Assembly: GCA_038245785.1 (NCBI GenBank)
Contig: JBBRSB010000004.1
Span: 32,001-96,000, forward strand
Reading direction: 5' to 3'
Source: Gloeobacterales cyanobacterium
GTDB lineage: Bacteria > Cyanobacteriota > Cyanobacteriia > Gloeobacterales > PMM-0068
DNA: 64,000 bases
The notes under the pieces were generated by a model. The model was given only the letters and a program-made list of their open reading frames with translations. It did no database searches and was not told the DNA's origin. Below, piece after piece: positions 41,424 to 51,594 of the stretch (the stretch's first letter is position 1; each line of letters opens with the position of its first letter). The position numbers and the translations under genes were made by a program.

Positions 41424-41967
41424 ACCAAGGCGTTCCATCGCTTCCAGGTGGCTTTTCGTGCCATAGCCTTTGTGAGAAGCCAAATTATAGCCTGGATAAC
41501 GAACCTCCCATTCCGTCATCATCTGATCTCGGTGAACTTTAGCAAGCACGCTGGCAGCGGCAATCAAGGGCTCTTTCAAGTCACCTTGAATAATCATTCT
41601 TTGAGGAAGGGAAAAGTTTGGAATTGGACGATTTCCATCTATGAGTGCTCGTTGGGGAACGGGCCCAAGCTTTTGCACAGCTCGTATCATGGCCAGAAAA
41701 GTGGCCTGTAGAATATTAACGGTATCAATTTCCTGAACGCTGGCTTCTCCAACAGCCCAGACTATAGCCATGGCTTGGATTTGGGCTGCTAAAACCTGTC
41801 GTGTGGATGCAGAAAGACGTTTAGAATCTGTTAGCCCTTGGGCGACAAGATAGCGTAGCGACTCGGTTGGAATAACCACAGCCGCTGCTACCACGGGTCC
41901 AAAGAGACAGCCTCTTCCTACTTCATCTATTCCGCAGGGGATTGCTCCGGGGGGGAGTCTTGTCCAC
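41358..41967 (-). CDS. rnhB: Ribonuclease HII; 5' end unresolved
   Basis: CGIDEVGRGCLFGPVVAA lies upstream of the ORF-track start; also DSK, IDGN, IAAASVLAKV and HKGYGT. There is no in-frame ATG/GTG/TTG before DEVGRG; GTG 41967 works only if the C7 run is C6. Confidence 0.88.
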
Positions 41968-44233
41968 TCGGCTCTTGATTCTGTAGGTCCAAGGTGAGTT
42001 CCTTGATCGCTTCAGCGCCCTCATCGGCAGATTCAGATTTACGCCGCTTGCGGGGAGGGGCTGGTATCCGTTTCTTTCGGGCAGGGGCTGATTTTGCTTT
42101 GGGTGTTTCTTGCTCCAGCATGCCCTCTAGAGGCAGTACTTCAGAGGAGGCGGAATCCAAATCCATAGGAAGTTCTTCCGATACTTCCTTTTTCTCCTTC
42201 CTTTCTCTTAGCTTGGGCATGACCTCACTCGCACCTGTAGAACGACGACGACGGCGGGCACGATCATCTACAGTAACTTCTGCATCAGGTTCCTGTGTGA
42301 ACACTTCCTGTACTGCTGTTACTTCAGGGACAGTTGCTTCGGCAACCGCCTCCACCTCTATAGAAGGCGCAGAGGCAACGGCCACAGACACAGGAGCACT
42401 CTTGGTCTCTTCAAACCTCTGCCCAGCGCGACGACGACGACGACGACGTTCCTGTTCAATCTCTTCTTCTGGCTCTGGAACGCGCACAGAGAGAATAGAG
42501 CTCTTGCTCAATCGGTCTTCCAAGCCCACATCCGGTATGGACTTTACCTCCAAGCCGCCATTTTCCTGAGGTATGGAAGACACGGCAGTGGCTACATTTT
42601 CCAATCCATCCGGAGTAGCAAACTCTTCTCCCTGCATGGACAAAGTACTAGGAACAGCGTTTTCCTGCCGAAAAGCCTTGGTCGTGCGGGAGATTCGCCC
42701 TTCCTCCACCTCAGGTCCTCGTTCAGCCCCTCGCTGAGCGCGGGTAGAGATACCACCTGTACGAGGTTCGGGCCGACTACCACGGCGACGGTCATTCCAG
42801 CTAGGACGGTCTCCTGCAGCAGGAGTATTTCCCCGACGGCGGTCCTGACGAAACGTAGGATGCTCTGAAAGCTCCACATCTGCGGTGCTCGTAGCTTCTA
42901 CAAAGTCCGAATCCCCGGTTGCCATCGGGAATTCTTGATAAGCAAAGGCTGCGGTCTCTTCTTCTTGCGGTGTTTCTGTCGTTCCAGCCCGACCGGCACT
43001 AGCGGGCAAGGCAGGAATGATACCCTGCGCATCACAGACAGTACAGTTTTTGCCAAATACTTCATAGATGCTCTGCCCTTGACGTTTACGGGTCAGCTCC
43101 ACCAATCCTAATTCTGAAAGCTGAGCAATCTGTGGGCGGGACTTATCAGACTTAAGGGCTTTGGAAAAATGCTCCAGGACCTGCATTTTGTCCCGCATCG
43201 AATCCATGTCGATGAAATCCACCACAATCACGCCGGCAATATTACGTAACCTAAGCTGGCGAGCAATTTCAGTGGCGGCCTCGCAGTTGGTCCAGAGCAC
43301 TGTTTCACGGGAGGTGGCAGAGCGGGTAAAGCTACCAGAGTTGACATCAATTACAGTAAGCGCTTCGGTGGGCTCGATCACTACATAGCCACCAGAGGGC
43401 AGGTCTACTCTTGGTTTCAAGGCTTCTCGAATAGCGGCGGTGACCCGGTAGAAGTCCAACATGGAGGAGGCTTCTTTGTGGTGCTCGACATAGACGCCAT
43501 TAGGCATTCTGCCGGCATTCCATTGGAGCAAAGCCTGTTTCACTCGCTTTTGGCCAAAGGAACTATCGGTCACAATCCGATTGACTTCAGCCGTGTAGGT
43601 ATCGCGCAGGACCCTCTGAATAAAATCTTCATCCCGGTTCATCAAAGCCGGAGGGCGAGTAGATTGGGTTTTCTGTTGAATCTTTTCCCACTGCTTTTTA
43701 AGATATTCTAAATCCCGGATGATCGCCTGTTCATCCATGCCTTCGGCTTCGGTTCTGACCAGAAGCCCCATTCCTTCAGGCTTTACTAAGACCGCTAAAG
43801 CGCGGAGACGATGGCGTTCATCTTCATCTCGAATTCGCCTAGATAGATTTACACCCCGACCACTGGGCATCAAAACCAGAAATCGCCCTGGCAAGGTGAT
43901 ATTCCCGGTTAATCTAGGTCCCTTGTTGCCAGTAGGTTCCTTCATAACCTGGACCAGCACTTTTTGCTGGGGAGTTACCAACTCAGTAATTGGTGCGATG
44001 CTCCGTTTGAGTCGAATCGGTCCTAAATCAGAAACATGAATAAAGCCATTGCGTTCTGGATTGCCTATATTCACAAAAGCAGCATCGATCGAAGGAAGAA
44101 CGTTTTCCACGACTCCCAGATAAATATCTCCTACCTGATGGGAGCCCTGGGCAACGACCAGCTCTTGAATTTGGTCTTCAGAGAAGACCGCCGCAAGACG
44201 GTGCTGCTCGGCAATGATAATTTGCTTCGGCAT
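41927..44233 (-). CDS. rne: Ribonuclease E
   Basis: S1 domain, KEPTGNKGPRLT, IDVNSG and DFIDM, with a long disordered Arg-rich C-terminus. Confidence 0.97.
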   Translation of the reverse strand: MPKQIIIAEQHRLAAVFSEDQIQELVVAQGSHQVGDIYLGVVENVLPSIDAAFVNIGNPERNGFIHVSDLGPIRLKRSIAPITELVTPQQKVLVQVMKEPTGNKGPRLTGNITLPGRFLVLMPSGRGVNLSRRIRDEDERHRLRALAVLVKPEGMGLLVRTEAEGMDEQAIIRDLEYLKKQWEKIQQKTQSTRPPALMNRDEDFIQRVLRDTYTAEVNRIVTDSSFGQKRVKQALLQWNAGRMPNGVYVEHHKEASSMLDFYRVTAAIREALKPRVDLPSGGYVVIEPTEALTVIDVNSGSFTRSATSRETVLWTNCEAATEIARQLRLRNIAGVIVVDFIDMDSMRDKMQVLEHFSKALKSDKSRPQIAQLSELGLVELTRKRQGQSIYEVFGKNCTVCDAQGIIPALPASAGRAGTTETPQEEETAAFAYQEFPMATGDSDFVEATSTADVELSEHPTFRQDRRRGNTPAAGDRPSWNDRRRGSRPEPRTGGISTRAQRGAERGPEVEEGRISRTTKAFRQENAVPSTLSMQGEEFATPDGLENVATAVSSIPQENGGLEVKSIPDVGLEDRLSKSSILSVRVPEPEEEIEQERRRRRRRAGQRFEETKSAPVSVAVASAPSIEVEAVAEATVPEVTAVQEVFTQEPDAEVTVDDRARRRRRSTGASEVMPKLRERKEKKEVSEELPMDLDSASSEVLPLEGMLEQETPKAKSAPARKKRIPAPPRKRRKSESADEGAEAIKELTLDLQNQEPSGQDSPPEQSPAE

Positions 44234-44709
44234 GAAGCCTCCTGTTAAAAAGCCGCCATTCTTAGGGCGGGTTTACTAATACTGGTACTGGAGAGTGTCC
44301 TGCATTCTGTTTGTCAGGATGCACTCGACAAGAAAGTTCTCAGAGCAAGCTCAGCTACAAAAAAGACGATCATGACTATGAGGTGAGCCCTTCTCTTCCG
44401 TATCCTTACGCATCCAAACATGCAGCAAGCGCACGCATCAATGCTTCGCATTCAGAGGAACGACCCTACGCCTTTTAAGAGGCCTTACTCTGGCAGTTGA
44501 CATTCCGTTAGGTCTAAGGCCACAGAATGGCGGCACTTATAACCGCTGGATTCTTGGGCTATCCACTGCTTACCAACACAAACCTTGATAAAGCTGAAGT
44601 GAACATGTCTAGGCTATGCTACCTACTCCTCAAGCATGCCCCAGTTTTTTATATTAATTAAAACCGGAGTTTCCCCGGTGCCTACCAGGTACTCGCCCCA
44701 AGTATATCA
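44234..44709 (-). promoter_or_regulatory. Putative rne promoter and long structured 5' UTR
   Basis: Extended -10 TGATATACT at 44709-44701, followed by about 460 nt without a long ORF containing hairpins (e.g. GAGTGTCCTG...CAGGATGCACTC near 44292-44326). Confidence 0.5.
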
Positions 44710-44858
44710 TTAGATCTACGGAATCTACGCTCCCCTTGATTCCCACCGCCATTCGGGAACACTAGCACCTTAGAACCTTAAGAAAATGGATGGTTTGCTC
44801 TACTTTTCTAAGGCATCCGAAATACTAAAGGCATAGACCTCAACTGCTCTTAAAGCCT

Positions 44859-44996
44859 ATGTTTAACGCTGTTTTAGTGATCCTTACGCTCCTTTTCATC
44901 CCTACCCTACTTTTCTTTTGTACAAAAGGTGGATTTTACGATACTGAGCACTACACAGGCAATGGTTCAGCCCATGGCAAAGAGTCAGAAGACTAG
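44859..44996 (+). CDS. ndhP: NDH-1 small subunit NdhP (45 aa, missed by the ORF track)
   Basis: MFNAVLVILTLLFIPTLLFFCTKGGFYDTEHYTGNGSAHGKESED: a TM helix plus the GFYD...Y.GNGSAH signature. Confidence 0.9.
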   Translation: MFNAVLVILTLLFIPTLLFFCTKGGFYDTEHYTGNGSAHGKESED

Positions 44997-45092
44997 AGGG
45001 TCGGGACCGGAAGTAAGTAGATATTTATCAAAAGAAGTTCAGAGTATTCTGAATGCTCTCGTATCATTAGATAGACTCCCTTTATAGCCAAA

Positions 45093-46376
45093 ATGGCCCT
45101 AGACTCGTCCCCTCTTACTCCAGCAAAACCGCCTCGCCTTACATGGCTGGCTCCGACCCTCGCCTTGGCAGGTATAGCAGTCTTAGCCTCCGGAGCTTTT
45201 TGGATAAACCACGTCCGGGAGCAAGCCGTTTTGGTAGAAAGTGCTTACCAAGCAGCCCACCATAAGACTTCAGAGTATTTTAGTCTGGTGGAGTCAAGAG
45301 AGCAGGCCATTCAGCAAGCCAACCCTGATCGGGTAGAACACCTAGACAAAGTGTTGGCGAAGGAGCGTCAAGAGCTTATTCAGAGTCTTGAAAGCTACAT
45401 TGCCGCTATTTCCCATCTGCCGCAGAAGGAACTGACGCAGCATCTCAATGATTTAGAAGCAGGCAAGATCGAGGCTTCAGTCCGCTCCTTTGAGGGCGTA
45501 GGCCGTTTGGTCGAGCTACAGGTTTCTGAAACAGAAGACCAATCCCGTGAGCCCGAGCTAAACCAACGTCGTGTCAGTTTTTGGCTTTCGGGAGGAGACC
45601 GGACCCGTGTGGCCAGCTTGAACGACTTTTCTGAGGACCCAGATGCTCAGGTAGAGCAGTTGGGCCTAATCCAACCAGCACCCAATAGTGTGAGCCCGTT
45701 CCCAGTGCTCGTGGTTACAGGAAAACGCAAAGCCTTAGACTGGTCTACCCCCTGGATAGAAATTTTTCAGGTGCAGCCAGACCATATTGAAAAAGTGACG
45801 GCGAAAGTCTTTCCCGTGACCCTCTTAGAGTCTTCTCTGGGGGAAAGTCCGACCCTCAAACCGGATAACAGTTTTGTCATAGAACGCCATTTGCTCGACC
45901 CAGAGCGGGTCATGGCTCCCTGCGATAGCTGCGGACTCCTGGGCTATCACAGCCAATTCCAGTGGGAAAACGGGCATTATCAAATGACCGAAAATACGCT
46001 TTTGAATACGCCAGACAATGTGGCCTACGCTGGTTTGGTTTATCTCAAAAAACGGAACCAATCACCTGCCTGGACTAAACCCTTTTTGTCCAATAGTTTC
46101 CGTCAGCAAGCAGACCGCTTCGCCCCCTTCAATCCTAATGACTACGAGGTCTGGGAGCAGGGCTTTGTCGTAAGTGACCAGGTGCAAAGCAAAAATTCTG
46201 TAATTTTTTCTCTAGACGGTGTAGCTACGGGTAAGCTCACAGTCGTCCACACGCCTCAAGGTCCATGGAAAGCGCAATCGGTCCAGGGAAGTTTTTGGAC
46301 TCCTGCGCAACCTAGACAATTAAACTCTGAATCAGAGCAAAATGGGACAGATTCTGCCTTGCCAGAAGCCGCTTAA
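45093..46376 (+). CDS. Hypothetical membrane-anchored protein
   Basis: 427-aa ORF with an N-terminal TM segment and one CxxC (CDSC). Confidence 0.7.
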   Translation: MALDSSPLTPAKPPRLTWLAPTLALAGIAVLASGAFWINHVREQAVLVESAYQAAHHKTSEYFSLVESREQAIQQANPDRVEHLDKVLAKERQELIQSLESYIAAISHLPQKELTQHLNDLEAGKIEASVRSFEGVGRLVELQVSETEDQSREPELNQRRVSFWLSGGDRTRVASLNDFSEDPDAQVEQLGLIQPAPNSVSPFPVLVVTGKRKALDWSTPWIEIFQVQPDHIEKVTAKVFPVTLLESSLGESPTLKPDNSFVIERHLLDPERVMAPCDSCGLLGYHSQFQWENGHYQMTENTLLNTPDNVAYAGLVYLKKRNQSPAWTKPFLSNSFRQQADRFAPFNPNDYEVWEQGFVVSDQVQSKNSVIFSLDGVATGKLTVVHTPQGPWKAQSVQGSFWTPAQPRQLNSESEQNGTDSALPEAA

Positions 46377-47071
46377 ATGCCAATTCCGGAAAATTGAATC
46401 CCGGTACGCCCTTCTCTCCGGTAAGAATAAAAGAGCTGTTCCTCTTGATAGGTACAGTAGGGTGCTAGCGCAATGTGTATTTCTAGAACACCGACAGCAA
46501 GGGCTTGTTGACGATTTACTTCTCGCACATCTAGCCTCACTTTGCCTTCTTCAGCGTCTGGCATAAACGCTTTGGCTGGATAGGCAATAGTCTTGATTAC
46601 TTCGTCCGCTACGGCTTGATGAACAGGATAATAATCTCCTGAAATAGCAGGTCCCAAAGCAACGCGGATTCGCTCCGGTTTTGCTCCCCGCAAAATCATG
46701 TGCTGAATGGCGCGCGGGAGTATCTTAGCAGCAGTTCCTCGCCAGCCAGCATGAACAGCGGCAACCATAGAATGCTCAGGGTCTAGCAAGAGTGCTGGCA
46801 CACAGTCTGCGCTTTTGGCCCAAGTCGTAACGCCGGGCGTACTGCTGACTAAACCATCTCCTTCTAAGTCTGCCGTTGCTTTCTCTGCATCAAATATCAG
46901 GGCGCTATGGATCTGTTTGAGATGATAAGCCTGCTCTGGAGGATGACCTAGCGCAGAAGCCAAGGGACCAGGAGCACGGTGAGGATTGCGGGTAAAAAAT
47001 CCGTGGGGGAAGGGCTGTAGGAGTTCACATTCAAGCCAACTGACTACGCCAGAAGTTTTCAACTGCCACAT
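46373..47071 (-). CDS. pgeF: PgeF/YfiH-family protein
   Basis: HGFFTR, QIHS, ADCVP, HAGWRG, GPAI and FYSYRR motifs. Confidence 0.92.
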   Translation of the reverse strand: MWQLKTSGVVSWLECELLQPFPHGFFTRNPHRAPGPLASALGHPPEQAYHLKQIHSALIFDAEKATADLEGDGLVSSTPGVTTWAKSADCVPALLLDPEHSMVAAVHAGWRGTAAKILPRAIQHMILRGAKPERIRVALGPAISGDYYPVHQAVADEVIKTIAYPAKAFMPDAEEGKVRLDVREVNRQQALAVGVLEIHIALAPYCTYQEEQLFYSYRREGRTGIQFSGIGI

Positions 47072-48231
47072 AAACCACCTCCCAAGCGCAAAAGACGACC
47101 CGTTTGTTCCGCACTCCACTCTAGATGACGTGTAGCTCGGCTCAAAATCTCTGTGGCATCGAATAGGCAGGGCACACTATCGACTACGGCCATTGCCCCT
47201 TTCTGGGATAAATCAGAGGATAGCAAATCTGTAGCCGCTTCTAGATCTACGGCACCGCCTAGGAGAATGACAGGCGTTTGGACTTTTTGACAGCACTCCA
47301 ATACACCCATAATCGTCTTGCCATAGAGGGTTTGCCTGTCTATCATGCCCTCTCCTGTAATCACTAAATCCGCACGGGCCGCTTGTTGTTGAAAGTCTAA
47401 AATCTCCAGAACTACCTCTATGCCTGGGCGAAAAGAGGCCCCTAGGGCATAAAGGGCAAACCCTAAGCCTCCAGCTGCTCCTGCTCCCGGAAGGTCATGA
47501 TAAATCTCTCCCACGGAACATTCTAAGATTGCGGCATAATCTGTCATCCGCTGCTCCAACGTTTCTACCATTTCTGGAGAAGCTCCTTTTTGTGGACCGT
47601 AAACGCGAGCAGCTCCCTCAGGACCCAGTAGTGGATTGCGAACATCACAGGCAACCGTAATCTCCAGATGCTTTAAACGCGCTCGAAGGGCAGGCAGGGC
47701 GGCAATCAGATCTACTTGAGCCAGCCCTGGGCCTCCCCAGGCAACGGGGTCACCCTGTGGATCTAAAATCTTTACCCCCAAAGCCTGCAAGAGGCCAATA
47801 CCTCCATCCACAGTCGCAGAACCGCCCAACCCAATCAGTAGCCGTTGGACGGTCGGCTCTTGCAAAGCAGCCATCAACAGTTGCCCACTCCCAAAACTGG
47901 TGGTATTCCAAGGATTTCGCTCCGTCTGGGAGAGATGCTGAAGCCCTGAAGCTTCGGCTATATCCATCACTACCGTAGAACCGACCACGCCATAGCGCCC
48001 CTCAAAGCGTCGCCCTAAAGGATCCAACACCGTCACTGTCCGCCAGGTACCGTTTAGGGCGTTGACTAAAACTTCTGCGGTGCCCTCCCCTCCATCGGCC
48101 ACTGGCAAAGCGGTTATTTCCAGTTCAGGCCATCCTCTATGCAGTCCTCTGGTTATAGCTTCTACTGCAGCATGGGCACTGAGGCTACCTTTAAAAGAAT
48201 CTGGCGCAACAAGGACTTTTAGGGTTTTCAT
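47059..48231 (-). CDS. glxK: Glycerate kinase
   Basis: APDSFKGSL, ADGGEGT, GGSATVDGG and GAAGGLG motifs. Confidence 0.95.
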   Translation of the reverse strand: MKTLKVLVAPDSFKGSLSAHAAVEAITRGLHRGWPELEITALPVADGGEGTAEVLVNALNGTWRTVTVLDPLGRRFEGRYGVVGSTVVMDIAEASGLQHLSQTERNPWNTTSFGSGQLLMAALQEPTVQRLLIGLGGSATVDGGIGLLQALGVKILDPQGDPVAWGGPGLAQVDLIAALPALRARLKHLEITVACDVRNPLLGPEGAARVYGPQKGASPEMVETLEQRMTDYAAILECSVGEIYHDLPGAGAAGGLGFALYALGASFRPGIEVVLEILDFQQQAARADLVITGEGMIDRQTLYGKTIMGVLECCQKVQTPVILLGGAVDLEAATDLLSSDLSQKGAMAVVDSVPCLFDATEILSRATRHLEWSAEQTGRLLRLGGGLCGS

Positions 48232-48238
48232 GATTTCA

Positions 48239-49030
48239 CTACTTCATCGCAAACCGAATTACCAAAATCATAATTCCCAGACTTAGAGCCAATCCACCCC
48301 ACAGGTTGGGTAGGAGAAAGGTGGCAGTGATGCGATTTTTCTGTCCAAGAATGACATCCCATACTAAAACCCCATTTTCATTACGAGTAGCGTTAGACTG
48401 CCAGGGAGAGAATGGTAAACTAAGCGCAAATTCTAAGTTCACGAGTTGTGCCGGATTAATCATTAGTAAGTTACCCGAAGGCAAAGGAAGACTGGTTTGA
48501 GTTAGGTCAACGTCATAGGTCAAGGTGTAAGCATCCACCAGGAGCCAGGTTTGGGTTTGGACCTCAAATTTAGCGGTGGGCGCAGGCAAAGTATTCTGAA
48601 CGGGAAGGTATTGGATAGGTTGATAGGACTGGTTGGACTGATTAGATCGAAAAGCCAGGACTAAAGGTTCATTAAAAAAGCGATTGAACTTAGTTTCTAA
48701 CTCTTTGGGGTCCTTAAATGGGATCTGGAGCGCTAATTTCCCTTCTTGTATAGTGTCTACCTTCCCCCCCAAACCTTCTGTTCGTTTCTTTATAGAACGA
48801 ATAAATTGCTCATAGGGAAATCCAGACAAACGAACTAAGGCTGGTTCGATATCCAAATTCTGCGTAATCATGCCGCTTGCGTTCCAATTGAATTGCAGAC
48901 CCAATCGGTACTGGACGCAACCGCTCAAGGTAAGCAGCAAGATAAGCGGAACACAAAAGCGCACTAGGCGCTGTATCACATGGGAGGCGGGAGGCAGTAA
49001 ATTGGCCAAAGAGTTTTTCACAAACGGCAA
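48239..49030 (-). CDS. DUF3153-like lipoprotein
   Basis: LTLSGCVQY lipobox, IPF...EL..KFN.FF, and a C-terminal TM segment. Confidence 0.75.
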   Translation of the reverse strand: MPFVKNSLANLLPPASHVIQRLVRFCVPLILLLTLSGCVQYRLGLQFNWNASGMITQNLDIEPALVRLSGFPYEQFIRSIKKRTEGLGGKVDTIQEGKLALQIPFKDPKELETKFNRFFNEPLVLAFRSNQSNQSYQPIQYLPVQNTLPAPTAKFEVQTQTWLLVDAYTLTYDVDLTQTSLPLPSGNLLMINPAQLVNLEFALSLPFSPWQSNATRNENGVLVWDVILGQKNRITATFLLPNLWGGLALSLGIMILVIRFAMK

Positions 49031-49272
49031 TGGACTCCATCAGAGTTCACAACATCTTAGTCATCTAGCAGGGCTGCAACCATGACGTCTAATAGAACCT
49101 TTTAGCTCCCCTCGTCCTACTCTTCAGTTTATTAATATCAAAAGCTGTATGTGACTCTACTTCAATCTACGCTACCCATCAGGTAATCGTATGCTACGAG
49201 CGAGCTTTATAGAACCATGCTGCTATCGTTAGCCGTCTGTACCTGACAGCTGATGGAGGAGGGTTTAAAATC

Positions 49273-49349
49273 TGGTCGGGACGGCGGGATTTGAACCCAC
49301 GACCCCCACTACCCCAAAGTGGTGCGCTACCAAGCTGCGCTACGTCCCG
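49273..49349 (-). tRNA. tRNA-Pro(GGG)
   Basis: CGGGACGTAGCGCAGCTTGGTAGCGCACCACTTTGGGGTAGTGG...GGTTCAAATCCCGCCGTCCCGACCA; anticodon GGG; CCA encoded. Confidence 0.97.
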
Positions 49350-49523
49350 TGATCAATATATGCTTCCTAATCTAGCAAGCAGAGCTTAGAGATAGTACCA
49401 TAGCACGACCTCCTCCGTCCCAGGTCTGGTTTATTTTTTTGCATCTCTGCTTTCCTCTATAATTGTTCAGTGGAAAGCGCACAGGTGTACGCGCCTATCA
49501 AACAAGATTTAAAAGGAGTTGAG

Positions 49524-50570
49524 TTGGAAAGGGCTTATCGCATCGCGATTTTAGGTGCTACTGGAGTAGTAGGCACGGAACTCATCCAAATTCTGGAAGA
49601 GCGCAATTTTCCCGTGGATTCTCTTGTCCTTCTGGCTTCTGCCCGTTCTGCTGGGAAACAACTGCCCTACAAAGACACTTTCTTGCCTGTTCAAACTTTG
49701 AGCGAAAAATCTTTCGAAGGGATTGATTTGGTATTTGCTTCAGCGGGAGGCAGCCTATCCAAACAGTGGGCACCCGAGATTGTTCAGGCTAGAGCTACCC
49801 TGATTGACAATTCCTCCGCTTTTCGGATGACTCCTGGTGTGCCTTTGGTCGTGCCAGAGGTGAATCCAGAAGATTTAAGGCAGCATAAAGGCATTATTGC
49901 GAACCCTAACTGCTCCACGATTCTAATGGCCCTAGCTCTTTGGCCCCTCCATCAGGTAAAGCCGATTAAACGGGTGATCTGTAGTACCTATCAGGCGGCC
50001 AGTGGTGCTGGAGCTGCTGCCATGGAAGAGCTCAGTAATCAGACCAGGGATGTCCTCGCAGGAAAAGAGCCCAATCCTCAGGTCTTTCCACATCCGATTG
50101 CCTTCAATTTATTTCCGCACAATTCTCCAATGACCCAGAACCGCTACTGTGAGGAGGAGTTGAAGATGATTTATGAAACCCAAAAGATCTTCCACGAACC
50201 TAGCCTCCGAGTAAGCGCCACCTGTGTACGGGTCCCTGTACTACGAGCCCATGCTGAGTCGATCAATGTTGAATTTTATGAGCCCTTTGGCGTAGAAGAA
50301 GCCTCTGAACTCCTTAAACAAGCTCCAGGAGTGACTTTCACGGAAAACTGGCAGAGCAATACTTTTGCCATGCCTTTAGATGCCAGTGGAAAAGATCCTG
50401 TAATGGTAGGAAGGGTCCGCCAAGACCTCTCCTGCCCAGAAGCGCTGGAATTATGGCTCTGTGGAGACCAAATTCGCAAAGGTGCCGCCCTCAATGCGGT
50501 GCAAATTGGAGAGTGGCTCGTTCAACATGATTGCGTACGCCATAAATCAGATTTGGTTTTCCGTGCCTAA
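49524..50570 (+). CDS. asd: Aspartate-semialdehyde dehydrogenase
   Basis: GATGVVG, IANPNCST, TCVRVPV and DQIRKGAALN; TTG start after AAGGAG. Confidence 0.96.
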   Translation: MERAYRIAILGATGVVGTELIQILEERNFPVDSLVLLASARSAGKQLPYKDTFLPVQTLSEKSFEGIDLVFASAGGSLSKQWAPEIVQARATLIDNSSAFRMTPGVPLVVPEVNPEDLRQHKGIIANPNCSTILMALALWPLHQVKPIKRVICSTYQAASGAGAAAMEELSNQTRDVLAGKEPNPQVFPHPIAFNLFPHNSPMTQNRYCEEELKMIYETQKIFHEPSLRVSATCVRVPVLRAHAESINVEFYEPFGVEEASELLKQAPGVTFTENWQSNTFAMPLDASGKDPVMVGRVRQDLSCPEALELWLCGDQIRKGAALNAVQIGEWLVQHDCVRHKSDLVFRA

Positions 50571-50690
50571 AAATCCTGCTGCACGTCTTATTTATTCAAC
50601 CAATCTCATACCCTACAGAGAACCAATGCCTATAGAACACAAAGGGCCTGAAAAAACTGCAATCCATCGACCTTATCAGAGGAGCTTTGT

Positions 50691-51575
50691 ATGAAGCCAG
50701 CTTTTGGCAGGCTGCTCACAGCCATGGTGACCCCCTTTACCGCGGAAGGACAGGTTGATTATGAAATGGCTGCTCGCTTAGCCAATCACCTGGTAGAGCA
50801 AGGGAGTGAGGGTTTGGTTGTCTGTGGCACTACCGGCGAATCTCCTACGCTGACCTGGGATGAGGAATACCAGCTTTTTCAGGTGGTGCTTGAAAGTGTT
50901 GGGAGCCGAGCTGCCGTGCTTGCGGGGACAGGTTCCAACAGTACGCGCGAAGCAATAGTCGCCACTGCTAAAGCGGCTAAGCTAGGTTTACATGGTTCTT
51001 TGCAGGTCTGCCCCTACTACAACAAACCTCCGCAAGAGGGACTATATCAACACTTCAAAGCGATTGCCCAAAATGTAGACCTCCCCTTGCTTCTCTACAA
51101 CATTCCTGGGCGCACAGGGGTAAACCTCTTACCGGAGACGGTCGCTCGACTGTCAGAGATACCGAGTATCATAGGAGTAAAGGAAGCAGCTGGGTCCATA
51201 GAGCAGGTTTGTGCCATCCGAGAGCTCACCGGTTCTGATTTTCTAATCTACTCTGGAGACGATGCCTTAACCCTACCGTTCCTTTCCGTAGGAGCTCATG
51301 GCGTAATATCAGTTGCCGCTCATCTGGTTGGTCCTCAGATGCATCAGATGATAAAAGCCTTCACAACAGGTGACATCCACCAAGCACAAGCCTTCCATCA
51401 GAAGCTTTTGCCCTTGTTTAGAGCCTTGTTCCTCACCACCAATCCCATTCCTGTGAAGTGTGCTTTGGAATTGATGGGATGGCCCGTCGGACAACCGCGC
51501 TTACCTTTGGTCCAGGCCCCTGATAGCGTACGTGAACAGCTCAACAACGTTTTGAAAACCCTTTCTTTGAATTAA
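50691..51575 (+). CDS. dapA: 4-hydroxy-tetrahydrodipicolinate synthase
   Basis: [22 protein letters not shown] and YSGDD motifs. Confidence 0.97.
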   Translation: MKPAFGRLLTAMVTPFTAEGQVDYEMAARLANHLVEQGSEGLVVCGTTGESPTLTWDEEYQLFQVVLESVGSRAAVLAGTGSNSTREAIVATAKAAKLGLHGSLQVCPYYNKPPQEGLYQHFKAIAQNVDLPLLLYNIPGRTGVNLLPETVARLSEIPSIIGVKEAAGSIEQVCAIRELTGSDFLIYSGDDALTLPFLSVGAHGVISVAAHLVGPQMHQMIKAFTTGDIHQAQAFHQKLLPLFRALFLTTNPIPVKCALELMGWPVGQPRLPLVQAPDSVREQLNNVLKTLSLN

Positions 51576-51594
51576 CAACACAACGAGGTAAACG

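Noticed and set aside
41994..42569. 191-aa Ser-rich ORF on + strand
   Set aside because: It is the antisense shadow of the low-complexity RNase E tail.
49030..49272. Possible integration site downstream of tRNA-Pro
   Set aside because: No integrase, att duplicate or foreign genes are seen.
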